From positions 2,480,001-2,544,000 of the forward strand of contig CM038998.1 of the NCBI GenBank assembly GCA_017499595.2: 64,000 nt of DNA, written 5' to 3'. Positions within the stretch are counted from its first letter, which is position 1. Every line of letters starts with the position of its first letter. Shown here piece after piece: positions 1 through 12,500 of this stretch. A model generated the notes under the pieces. That model saw nothing but the letters and a program-made list of their open reading frames with translations, made no database searches and was not told the origin of the DNA. This stretch comes from Psilocybe cubensis (lineage: Eukaryota). The translations under genes were made by a program, and so were the position numbers.

Positions 1-166
1 CTGTCCCCAACCCAAGAAATAAATGAACGGAACACAGCTAAAAAGCTGAGTAATAGGAAATCGAACGGTTACGGGTAACCTACATAAATATCTGCTATGG
101 CTCGAACCTCGCGAGCCACGAGTAAGCTGTGAGGACTGCGAAGAAGATATTTATGAATCCTCGACG

Positions 167-1366
167 TCAGAATCCTCCGGGAAGAGCCAGCACTGGATGT
201 TCGAATCCAGTACGGGCACGCGATTGTTGCATCATGTCAGGGGGAGCGCTGCGCCGTCTCCATTTAAGTTGAGCCTCAGCATCTCCTGGGTTAGGAGCAG
301 CTGCCTTGCTCTCAGTGGACAAAGTACGTCGTCTGAGAGTAGATAACATATTATGGGCCGTTTGACCTCTAGAGTTGAGGGCATTGAGGTTGGTCTCTGT
401 AAGTTCAACGGCGCGATATGTGGTAGAAGTTCGTGGAACAACGAGTGTGGTCACGCGCAGCTCCGGGTCAAGCTGTAGTGGTGACTTGGGAGGCAACACA
501 GGCTGTGGTTTTTGCTCTATGGGGGCTGCAGGCTGTGCGCGTATTGGCATTCTCAGCCTACCGACTCCAACGGAAGGCCTTGGCCGAGAAACGGTGATGA
601 TAGGTGTTGCATCATGGTGTCCTAACGGGTCTGCTTTACCGTGGCGTGAAATGAGGCGTGCCGAAATCTGGTCGAGTGAAGGTAATGCACGAGGTGGTCC
701 GACTTTCTCGTATTTCGACTGCTTGGATTGTTCCTCTGGCAATCTGAAGTCAACCTGTTCTATCCAAGTATGTGGGACAGCACCTCGGTCCTCATTCAAG
801 GACTCGAATAAGGCTAGGGGAGAAACCAAGCCAGGGGATGGAAGGCTATAATGAAAAATAGCAGGTGACTCGGGAGGTGTCTTTGGGGTAACTGTGGCGG
901 TTGGAGAAGGAGGTGCTTGGACTTTGGATAGGAAAAGGGCACGTCTTTCCACTGGAGCAAACGTTAGAAAGTTAGAAAAACGAGCCATCGATCGTAGACG
1001 GAACTACGAACATTGCTTGTTCTTATGAACCTTGAGCGCAATCTCTTTGCGCAAATCCACATCTTTCTTTCCGCCACTATAGGCAGACCTTTCTTTAGTC
1101 GCATTCAACAAAGCCTGGAATCTGTCATTGTCCAATCCTTTCGATTGTTTGGCAGGATCTGGGTTTAAAGGGGAACGAGGAGAGAGAACACGTTTAAAGC
1201 TGGATATAGTCGGGGGAGGGGTTAAGTGAACGGCCCTAAAGCCGTCATCGTCCTGAATAGTGTTGAAGGCGAGAGAGGAAAATGGGGAAGATGGTTCAAT
1301 TGGAGGAACTTCTGGCGGGGCGAGAGAGATCGAAATTTGGGGGATGGGGGAGGAAGAATAATCCAT
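167..1366 (-). CDS. Ser/Pro-rich hypothetical protein, 2 exons
   Basis: ORFs 1004-1444 and 167-988 join via a GT..CTAAC..CAG intron (~953-1011) to read KNKQ|LERRALFLSK. The likely start is MDYSSSPIP at 1366. Confidence 0.7.
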
Positions 1367-1824
1367 AGTAGAGAAAGAGCGAGTAAGAAGTATTAGAGCA
1401 GACAAAATAAAGGAATTAATCAACGGGCGACCAGCACCAAGCAAAAATGCAACGATGAAGGGAGCACCTTACAAGAAAAAGAACAAGAAACGCTAGCACA
1501 AACGGAGGGCGAGCAAGCTCTCACGGCAAGGTCACAGACTTGATCATATACTATCACGCGTTACCATCTTGGCTCAAGTATTATGTTTTCCGTTGCACAG
1601 ATCGCCGTACGCAGCCTGACAACCGGAATCAGGTCTAAATCAGATTCCAAGAATCGCGATACGCAGTTCTCATCGAGTGAGTCTGTATGTTGTATCTGAA
1701 TTCTCATAGTAACTGGCACTGTACTGATATATTGCATCATAACTACTGAGCCTGGATGTAATTCGAGATCGTTCTCAGCCAAATCTCCACTGAGGATTGG
1801 CGCCTCGACGGCCAGAAGATTTTT

Positions 1825-3105
<1,281 letters not shown>

Positions 3106-4051
3106 TTTGTGAGAGGAGTCGGTAAAAAGGGAGACAGATCACAGCACAACTTTAAACTGAAATGTATAGTGACTCGAATGATAAGATCAAGTAACCATCG
3201 GCCGACATACAGTTTGTAGCTGCTGGTCATGAACAAATATTAGCACAGCCACGATCACTCAGTGTGGCGCATGTATGGACGACAATGGTAATTATTATGC
3301 CCCTTGCGATTCTCTTGTCTTCTGTATCCCTAGTGCTGCCTCCGCCTTCCCTTCCTCGTACTTTTCGAAGGCTGACTTGGACGTTCCAACTGCAATGTGT
3401 GCGTCCCCCCTTTGAAGTCCTTCCATGGTCTCTTTCGTAAATTGATCAAGAGGCATCCAAAACTTGGACAACATAGGGGTTGTTCCTTGCGCTTAGTATC
3501 CAGATGTCAGGATATGAACAACGCGGAGAGGTCCGAGAGCCTCACCATCGTGTAACTCTGATTCAACCAGTCTATGCCATATAAAGTCAGCATCATGGTG
3601 AGGCATCGAATGATATAGTGTGCCAACGAACGGTGGTATTATCTCCATGACGTGAACATTTGTCGCATGGAGCTGGGCACGCAGGGATGTTGTAAAACTG
3701 TGAAGAGCGGCTTTGGATAGGACCCCTGACAATAGGCCCAGAGGACGTTCCTTCGGACGGACAAAAATTTTGAAAATCGACCCCTTCGGACGTTCCGAAA
3801 CCGGACAGAAATCCCAGATTTTGAGCAAAATGTCGTTCCAAAAATCCGGACAGAAAAGTTGCAGGACCGCCGAGGTCGATCCAAAAACCGGACATATATC
3901 GTGATCAACGACCCTCAAAATATAAGTCATCGGTTAGTATAGAGGCTGAGCGTGTAGTCGCTCCCGCCCTTCGTATTGTGATACTACGTCGTTGTTTCTA
4001 ATCTCAATATCGCCTTTTTAGTATTTTGCCCTTAGTAAACCCATAGTTCAA

Positions 4052-4615
4052 GAGAATAAAAAAGGCAATGAAAATGTTTGCAAAGCGAAATTTAGATATT
4101 ATTACATAGATTTTCTGCATCACACATTCAATTGTAGTTCCTTTTTCTTGATGATAGGATTCAGATTGGCAAAGGTAAAGTGGACTATCAGTTGGAGCTG
4201 TTTCGATGTAGTGACTAATGATCACGCCGTACTTTAGTCATTGCTTTGAGTGAGAAACCAAACGGAAAGCACTCACGAAACCAGCCGGTTGCGACTACTA
4301 CCAATGTCTGTGCCCTTTCAAAAGCATCTTTTCAAGTCTTCGAGCACAGTCATGGCCTCTACTTCACTGCAAGACCCACCAAAACTGCCTTGCTCAATGT
4401 ATCTGAATTTGCACACCTGCCTTCCTGCAAGTTACTCACCCTCCTCTATCATAAACCCTTGTCTGTCACTGCAGCAGGTTTTGAAGTTCATGCGCAAGAT
4501 ATTTCGCTTTACAAGACATTGGTTGAGGGAGTAGGGAGCATCAAAAAAGCGATGAAAATGTTTGCAAAGCGAAACCTAGATAGTAGTACATAGCTTTTTT
4601 TGCATCGCATACTCG
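4052..4615 (+). repeat. Diverged ~80-bp direct repeat inside the element (4052-4130 / 4536-4615)
   Basis: Shared core ATGAAAATGTTTGCAAAGCGAAA at 4068-4090 and 4552-4574; the flanks also align. Confidence 0.9.
4138..4593 (+). pseudogene. 3' remnant of an element-borne gene (last two exons)
   Basis: FLFLDDRIQIGK, then an intron 4175-4237 (GTAAAG..ACTAAT..TAG), then VIALSEKPNGKHSR...KAMKMFAKRNLDSST-stop. No 5' part is present. Confidence 0.6.
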
Positions 4616-6102
4616 TTTTATGGTTTTGTATTGTACTAGGCAGGTTTTTTTTTATTACAGTGATTCTTAACATTGTTCTGAAGCGTCCCATTTGCGACTG
4701 AACTCAGCTGAACGCGCGCAGCGGCGAAAAAATCGATTTTTAGGCCTGTCCGGACACAAATTGGGCCTCCCGAGGGTTGTTCCCGATTTCCGGACAAATT
4801 TTTGAAAAAATTGGTAGGTCGTTCTATATCCGGACAGAAATTTTGAAAATCGCGACGGACAAAAAACCCAAAAATCGACCTTTTTCGGGAACGTCCTCTG
4901 GGCCTATTGTCAGGGGTCCTCTTTGGATGCACAATAATTTGGCATCATGGGGTTCGGCACAATGGCCAAGCCTGATGTCACTGTGATAATGAAAGAAGGA
5001 CGCCCTTGTTCCTGGTAATGTATGAGCAGTGCAGTTCTCTACCGCGCGGAGAACCTAGCCCACCGAGAGTTTTAAGAAATGTGGCAATATATAGGTTATC
5101 AAGGAGACAACCGAGAGGTAATTCACATTAAACTCTTCCACAATACCTAAGGTTCGTGCATTTCAGAAACCTGCACATCGACAAACACATAAAATACATA
5201 CTAGACAGCTCAATCCCCTTTTTGAAGTGGAATATATGCTGTATTCCTGCGTTTAAAATGATTGTGTCTAACTGCCAATATCTCCATTAGTGTATACTTG
5301 CCGACATAAAATGCATTCAATCCAACCTCAGGAAAATGGGCAATCAGTTCATCCATGTTCTTCTTCATCGTCTCTAGGTTTACACTCAAGTCAAATGAAA
5401 CTGCGTGGAGATCAGCCTTTTCGAGTTCTTCTAGACGTTCTTTGCGACGACCGGTTGCAATGACTTTAGGTCGGCTGGGAAGTCTGGCTAAATTGAGTGC
5501 AAGAGCACGCCCAATGCCGGAGGTGGCACCAGTAACGAGAATGCATTTAGAGTCGTCTATGGATGGCATGGTGAGGTTGCTGAACTTGATGAAGGATCCT
5601 GAGAACTATTTTAATAAGAACGTCCAATTTATACTATGAGTATTACTCACACCTTTGCATGACTTCAGCATAGCATGTAATTTATGGATCCAATAGTAAA
5701 CCCCAAAGTGGAACCCTGATCCCCATGCTGAAGGGAATTTTAACAGTAAAGTTCAGGGTACAGTAGTCCTAATGACATCAACGCGGCGAGTCCGGGAATA
5801 ACAAGTAACTGTCGTCGTATTTTTCTCCTGACCATATACTTTTGCGACTTCATATTTCTATAAATTCATGCATTTAAAGATCGGCCACTAATCCCACAGA
5901 GTACATACGACATGAAGACCAGGCGCAAGTATTATTGTGCAAGTATTATTGTTGCTATGACGCACATTAGTTTTACAATCCGATCTTCATCTTATCTTAT
6001 CTGGCTCATTGTCCCAAACACCAAACAAACTGTTGGCATTGCTTAGTCGCTGAGCCATACCTCTAAAATAAAGTCACTTCCACTTGTTTCCAACTACTTA
6101 CC

Positions 6103-7129
6103 ATGTCATCAAAGGATAACGATAAAGTATCCCAGGAAACACCTTTGGAGGAAGTAAGTAAGTCCATCACAGGGGATATACGTGCAAGGATTTCAGTAAC
6201 CATCCACTCATCCTTGTAGGACTATCTGGAGGTCGCAAACGAGAGGAAACAAGAAGGCAATGACCATTTCCGCGCTGGAAAGTGGAATGAGGCCCTAGTT
6301 GCGTATCGATCGGCGCTTAACTGTCTTCCAAAAAGGCCTGCAAGTCCCCGGGCGGAGAAATCTCAGTTAGGGGAGGATGATGAAGGAGGAGAACCAGAAC
6401 CAACTCCCGATTTGCCCAAGGCTGAGGAAGATGTCATCGACTTATCATCTCCGGCTGTTAGTGAGGTTGACAAGGAGGCAGCGCGTCTTCGGGCAGTGCT
6501 GAACGCGAACATGGGCGCATGCTTTGTAAAACTGGTGAGTGTGGAGTGTGTGGGCAACGTTGCTTGGAGAAGAATTGATTTTGAATTCTCTAGGGTGACC
6601 ACAAAGAGGCCGTGAAGCTATGTACCGAAGGTAGCCAAGTCTGATTGCTGCGCAAAATGTTGGTATTGAACACTCGTTAGCAATTCGCGACGACCCAACG
6701 TATATCAAGGCTCGAGAAAGAAGGGCGGCATCTAATGATGCGCTAAACACATGGACGAGCCTTACCTCTGTTCAAGAAGGTACGTGTCCTGAATGTCATA
6801 CACGTAACTTGACAACTGATCATGAACCATTTCAAATGTAGATTATGAAGCTCTCCTCAAATTAATCGATTCGCCCTCTCAACAATCTGATATCAGGCGG
6901 AAACTCCAACTACTGAAACCACGTTTAGAAGCAGCACAGAAACGCGAAACGGATGAAATGTTGGGTAAACTGAAAAGCCTGGGTAATAGTATATTAGGTT
7001 CGTGGCTACACACTTGAACCTCATGACGGTGGATATTCATTTTGACCAGGAAACTTTGGGCTTTCAACGGACAACTTCAAGTTTGAGCCAAATGGTTCTG
7101 GGGGATATTCAATGAACTTTACTCGTTGA
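6103..7129 (+). CDS. TPR protein, TTC1-like
   Basis: KQEGNDHFRAGKW, LNANMGACFVKL, and the C-terminal LGNSILGNFGLSTDNFKFEPNGSGGYSMNFTR typical of the TTC1 family; multiple introns. Confidence 0.85.
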
Positions 7130-7161
7130 GGGTTTCATCAATTGTGATATGCGATAAAATA

Positions 7162-7951
7162 TCATTCGATATATGATATCTGGTTTGTAAAGACTTTGAA
7201 AGAATTGAGTGGCCAAACCTAGATTTCACACAGGTTAGGTGCAGTCTCTGTGGCAAGACAATATTGCGTACCCTCGCAAACACTCGCCCTTTGACGAGTC
7301 CTATAGGAACAGGCCCGTACATGCGCGAATCACGCGATGCTAAGGCATTGTCTCCGCTTATCCATACATGGCCTTTGGGAACGACAACATGCTCTGTGGA
7401 TGGGTAGACCACGCCACTAGGATCTACACAAACTATGTCTCCGGGCAAACCAATCAAGCGCTTGCATATAACTTTTGTGGGTTCGATGGGGGACCTGACT
7501 ATGAGAAGATCACCGCGTTTCATCTTGTCTGGAAAAAGGCGGTATGTAATAAAGTCTTCTATAACAATTTCACCCTCTACGGCGAAAGTGGGTAACATCG
7601 AGGGGCCAGCCATCTAATGCATGCGGAAGAGTGAGCAAAAGACATTGGATATAGATTGACATTACTCACAAAACTGAAGCGACCGACATATGTCATAAAA
7701 ATGTGAACAGCGAAGAGGAAATTGAATACCTATCGGAGTATTAATTATCAGAAGAGCGCTATTTACCCATAATGCCGAACCTTGAAAGATCCTACTGCAG
7801 CACGTTTGGAATATCTCATGAACGTTTGGAGTCGATCAGTCCGGAGGCTGTTTGAAGGCCATCGAGAATACGACCTAGTAACGGTAAAAGACCCTGGATA
7901 ATGACGTGTCCGCAGTGGAATTGAGAGGTTGCATGTTCTAAGCCATGACAT
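7162..7951 (-). CDS. IMP1: Mitochondrial inner membrane peptidase subunit (S26 family)
   Basis: GPSMLPT (catalytic Ser), CKRLIGLPGD (Lys) and GDNALASRDSRMYGPVP; Arg/Ser-rich N-terminal presequence. Confidence 0.85.
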
Positions 7952-8128
7952 CCTTGTCTTGCGAACTTTTTGAACAAACACAGGATATCGAAGGCATGGA
8001 AGTTGGAACACGTGTGTGTCACTGGGAGGAAATACACTAACAATTATTTGATAGTGTAATAAATGTTATCTTATCTGCCAAGTGTGTTAATTTAATCAGG
8101 GACACTGGAGCGTTCGCATAGACACAAA

Positions 8129-9409
8129 ATGTCTTCCTTTAAACGTAAGGCAACAGGCAAGCAGACACTCACAGTGTACCCAGGAACGCGCATATCGCCT
8201 GCTTCGAACCTCAGTCTTATTACATCAACTGGTATATCTTCTTTGGATGATATCCTGGGGGGTGGGCTGCCACTTACATGTTCACTGGTCTTTGGTGCTC
8301 CGGATATCCATTCATCGTATGGGGACCTAATTCAAAAATATTTTGTTGCACAAGGCCTGGGCAACGGGCACAGAGTGTGCGTTGTTGGTGAAGATGCAGA
8401 GAAGTTTGTGCGCGATATTATGTGGTTCCCAAAAGCGCAAGAATTGCAGCGGGCAGCTGAATCTGACGACGACGATAAACCCGCCAATCAAGACGAAAAA
8501 GTGAAGATCGCGTGGAGATACGAAAAAATGAAGCAATTCCAGACAACGGTAGGAAGCCAGTAAGTCTACAAGTATCTGATGACAGAAAATGCATGCTAAG
8601 TATTGTATTGTAGGGACGGAGACTGCCTGCCATTTGAGCTTGCGAGTCGCGTGCCAAAAGAGATGATTGATGACGGATTGAAATCTCAAAGGATACGTGT
8701 TGTGAATGCGGGGACGAACATGTTTGATATTCTAGGAGAAATCTCGAGGTTTCTGGAGGCCGAGACCAAGGAAGCCACGCGGATTTGTATCGCAGGACTT
8801 GGATCAGCAGGCTGGGGCGACGTTTCACCGCAGGTGAGAGATGTGATAGAGAGGGACTACTACTAGTACGAAAAGACTGACTAAAACAGAGGGTACTCTA
8901 CTTCCTGCACACGCTGCGGGGTATTCTACGACGGCACGGACACGGATGCGGATCAGTGAGTCTTGCTGCACACGTGTCTACGGACAGATGGGGAGGAACG
9001 GGGTGGATGGACAGGGTGGGATGGAGCGCTGACGGCGCTGTGACAATATCGGCATTCACAGGTGTGTGAGCGAATTGTAAAGAGAGAGACGGGGTTGACA
9101 GATAGAAATGCAGCGAACCCGGGCCTAGCAAGCATATTTCCGTCGCATCATGGACTGGTGAGTGTGCAGCGAGTGCCGTCACCGCAGACGCAGAGTGCGC
9201 CGAGCGAGCGGTTCTCGACGCTGCGGGGACTGGGAAGCAGCGGGGAAAACAATCTGGGATTCAAGTGCACACGAAAGCGGCTGGTGTTTGAGACGGTGCA
9301 CCTGGACATAGAGGGGGGCACGGGGGAAAGACGGACAAAGGAGAGCAATGAAGGAGCGAGAAAAGTAAAGACGAGCAGAAAGAAAGTCGTGTTTGAGAAT
9401 GATTTCTAA
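8129..9409 (+). CDS. ELP4: Elongator complex subunit 4
   Basis: MSSFKRK, TSTGISSLDDILGGGLPL, KIAWRYE and NLGFKCTRKRLVFETVHLD; three introns. Confidence 0.9.
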
Positions 9410-9501
9410 TGATCAGATCATTGTTGTCGGCTGTTTATTGGTCATTTTGTTTGAATTGTAGATTAGTTTATTTACTTACTGCACATGCATGTCTGCTGAG
9501 A

Positions 9502-12500
9502 ATGAGCTACAGCGACGATGAAATAGTGTCTCCCCCGTATCCCACCATGGATCCCGCCCTCTATCCAGACCCGTATCCTTCCTATCGCCCGCCTCTTCCC
9601 GCCCTCTCCTCCGGCGCTTCCTCCGCCTCCACCCGCTCCTCCGCCTACACCTCCTCCGGCAGCGCCCAACCCTACCCAGACTACTCCAACGTCCATGTCG
9701 CCTCCCCCGACGAAGACATCTCCGCCATCGCTTCACACGCTCTCCTCCAGATGCTCGCCAGCGACCCCGCCCAGTCCTCTTCCGCCAGGGGTCCCGTCCT
9801 CAGGAGTCCAGATCGCTCTCGCTGGTCAGAGGCAAATTCTGCTGGTCTCCGCTCCCGCTCCTCTTCCTTGGGTAATGGCCTCTCTTCTGCCCACCCAACC
9901 GACTTTTCGCCCCCCTCGCTCTCCCAGAAGCCCAGCTACGATCTGACCTGGCAGACCGTCCACGAACGGGATGAGGTTCTCATGTCAGAGGAGGAGACCG
10001 ACGACGAGCCTACCCTCGATTCTATCGACCCAGATCCCGACGACAAGTACGAGGAGCGTACCTCCGCTGCAGTCGTCGCCGAGGAGGGTCGTGGTCTCAT
10101 TGTGCAGGGAGACAATGTTCCCATCGTCCAGTTGCAAATTCCACCCGGTGCGTCTCTTTTTCTCTTTTTCGCCTTCTTTTCTTCTTCTTATCTCGTTTTC
10201 TTCCAGGCACTACCCATCTTTTAATTGGCTCCTCTTCAACTCCAAATGCTGTCCCCTCCTTTCTTACTTCTGTGCTACCCCAGATTGCTCACAGTCTGCT
10301 CGCTTTGGATATATCCGCCAACTTTCTTGGAGCTCTGCCTCCTGTTCTCGCCGTGTGCGAATGTCTCGAGGAGCTCAATGTCGCCTCAAACCCTCTCAGG
10401 GTACTTCCTGTCTTTCTTGCAGACCTGCTTAATCTTCGCGTCCTCATCGCAGACTCTACCGGCATTAGCACTTTGCCCGATGCACTTGTTGACCTAGGCA
10501 AATTGCATACCATCAGTATCCGAAGAAATAAACTTCACGCCCTTCCTAGTTGGCTGTGTCTCCTCCCAGCTCTCCAAACCTTGTGTCTAGATGGAAATCC
10601 ATTCCAAGGCCCTTGGAAGGCTCTCGTTGATCCTCTCTTAGCAAAAGTTCCCACAACTCCCGTCTACCCTCCGTCGACTCCCATGTTGTTACCCCTGTCG
10701 GCAAGTGCACAAAGCTCCAATGCCGATGCGGAAACAGATGGTACTGATGTTGAAGACGACTCAGATCACGAAGGTAGCAGTCCGCGGCAAGCTGGTTATG
10801 TCCGTTCTCCGGAGGAAGAAGATCATACCATCACACCTGAGCGTGGACCGCTTCTATCTCGTGCAACTACTTCGCCTCTTCCTGTTAGCCCCCCGCCTTC
10901 GAGCAAACCACTCACAAGAACACGGACAACCCCTAATCGGTCCTATTTTGAACAAACGCGCACTAAGCCAGGTACTGGTGTTCCCTCCGACTCAAAAGCG
11001 CGACTGCAACCACCTGCAAACAAGTATGACGCTCAGCCATCTCCGAGTGCTGAACAGCATGAGATCCGAAAGATGAAAAGCGCTGGCGACCTCCGACGAG
11101 GTAGATCAGCCACTACAGTCACGGAAGAACCATCCATGCCTGGACCACCCATAACCAAATACCAGACATCGCTCTCGAGTTCTAATCTATTGCAGATGGC
11201 CGAAGCCAACGCCAACGCCAGCACGAGCCCAAATAGCAGCCTTGCAGACGAGTTCAACAGGAGGTTCGCAAGTCTGGGCCCTACCTCGCAGTATGGCTCC
11301 CCATCTCGTATGCCACCCAATGCCGCAAGGCCCATGCTAAGTAAATCAATGTGGGAGAGCTCCCCAGGTCCGTACAACTCTCCAACGCCTCCTGATAACT
11401 TGACTCGCGCATCATCATACTCTCCTGCCGCTCCTCCTCGGGTTCAGCATCAACCGCCAATTAGTCAAGTTAGTCAGGAACTAAAACCGTCCAGCCAGCG
11501 CCAGAGGCCATCTACTAGGGACAAAGGCACCAGATGGGGCTTCCTCAAAAAGATGTCAATGGGAAAAATGAAGCCTGACCCCCCTCCATCAACGCTATCT
11601 ACAGCTGCTTCGCCTTCTTCTTCCCCTAATCCTCCCCGGATCAGCAGACCACAAACCTCAAATGGGACAACGAATCCTCACTTTGGATCCATTTCGCGAG
11701 GGATCGACCGCCTGAGCAAAACCCCTCAGATTGACGTCCGCCTTTCCACCACAGGTACCATAGATGCTCTTCCAATGATGTCCACACCGCAGCCTCTTCC
11801 TCCAGTCTCGCATCCTCCTAGGCAAGACTCGCTTGCGGTCCCATCCAGTAGTCTATTGGTCCCTGGACAGCCGAGGACCACAAAACGACGAAGCTTTTTG
11901 CCGATTGATGCCCCAGGAGGAATGGCGTCCCTTAGTATTCCGGAAAATTCTACCTTTGTTACTGGCGTAGTTCTGTCTCAAGATGGGGAAGACCAGCATG
12001 GTGGTGATGATGCTCGAGTAACAACACCGAGTCCTGTGCTTGATCATGAGCAGTATATCCGTCGGGAAGAGGATCGCGCTCGCGATGCCTATATGCGCGC
12101 ATTGAGGTCAGTCATGGCTTACCTCAAAGACATGAACGATCTCGGCGCATTCCAACAACAACAAAACATGCTGAGCATGTATGGGTCATCAGCGCAGGAT
12201 GAACACCTCGCCGCCCGCTCTAGAAGACCTACTGTTGTGGAGCGGGAGTCGTCGACAGCTTCAAGCAGCTCGACAACTATGGTCGATAGTACTGGGCATC
12301 TCCGTTCGTCTGATTCAATCGCAGGTTTGCGAAGTGGTTCATCCAGTCAGACGCTTAGTGTGGCTACAACTGATAGCAGTGGTTCATCGGAAGAACGCAA
12401 GTTCAAGGACGACAAAGGAAAGCGCGCCATGGTCATTCGGGAGATTTTAGTGTCAGTGTTCTTTATACTTTTATCGTTTTTGTGAGCTGAAACACCTCCC

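Larger units (their letters stand above)
3719..4920. mobile_element. Non-autonomous TIR DNA transposon, 1,202 bp, 8-bp TSD
   Basis: Perfect 33-bp TIRs AGGACCCCTGACAATAGGCCCAGAGGACGTTCC (3719-3751 and 4888-4920). Flanking direct repeat CTTTGGAT (3711-3718, 4921-4928). Subterminal CCGGACA and TTTGAAAATCG repeats. Confidence 0.95.
3295..5569 (-). pseudogene. Short-chain dehydrogenase/reductase interrupted by a TIR element
   Basis: TGATSGIG Rossmann motif. Removing 3719-4920 plus one TSD copy restores ITVTSGLAIVPNPMMPNYCASKAALHSFTTSLRAQL. With the insertion the frame reads YCASKEDP-stop (TGA 4910-4912). Confidence 0.85.

Noticed and set aside
3493-3930. Several overlapping ORFs across the element's left end
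   Set aside because: They are chimeric reads through TIR and subterminal repeats into the SDR exon, not real genes.
3726-4932. Element spliced out as an intron (GTGCAT donor at 4932, CAG acceptor in the left TIR), which would be in frame
   Set aside because: There is no CTRAY branch site before the acceptor, and the product would read YWVLSK, breaking YxxxK spacing.
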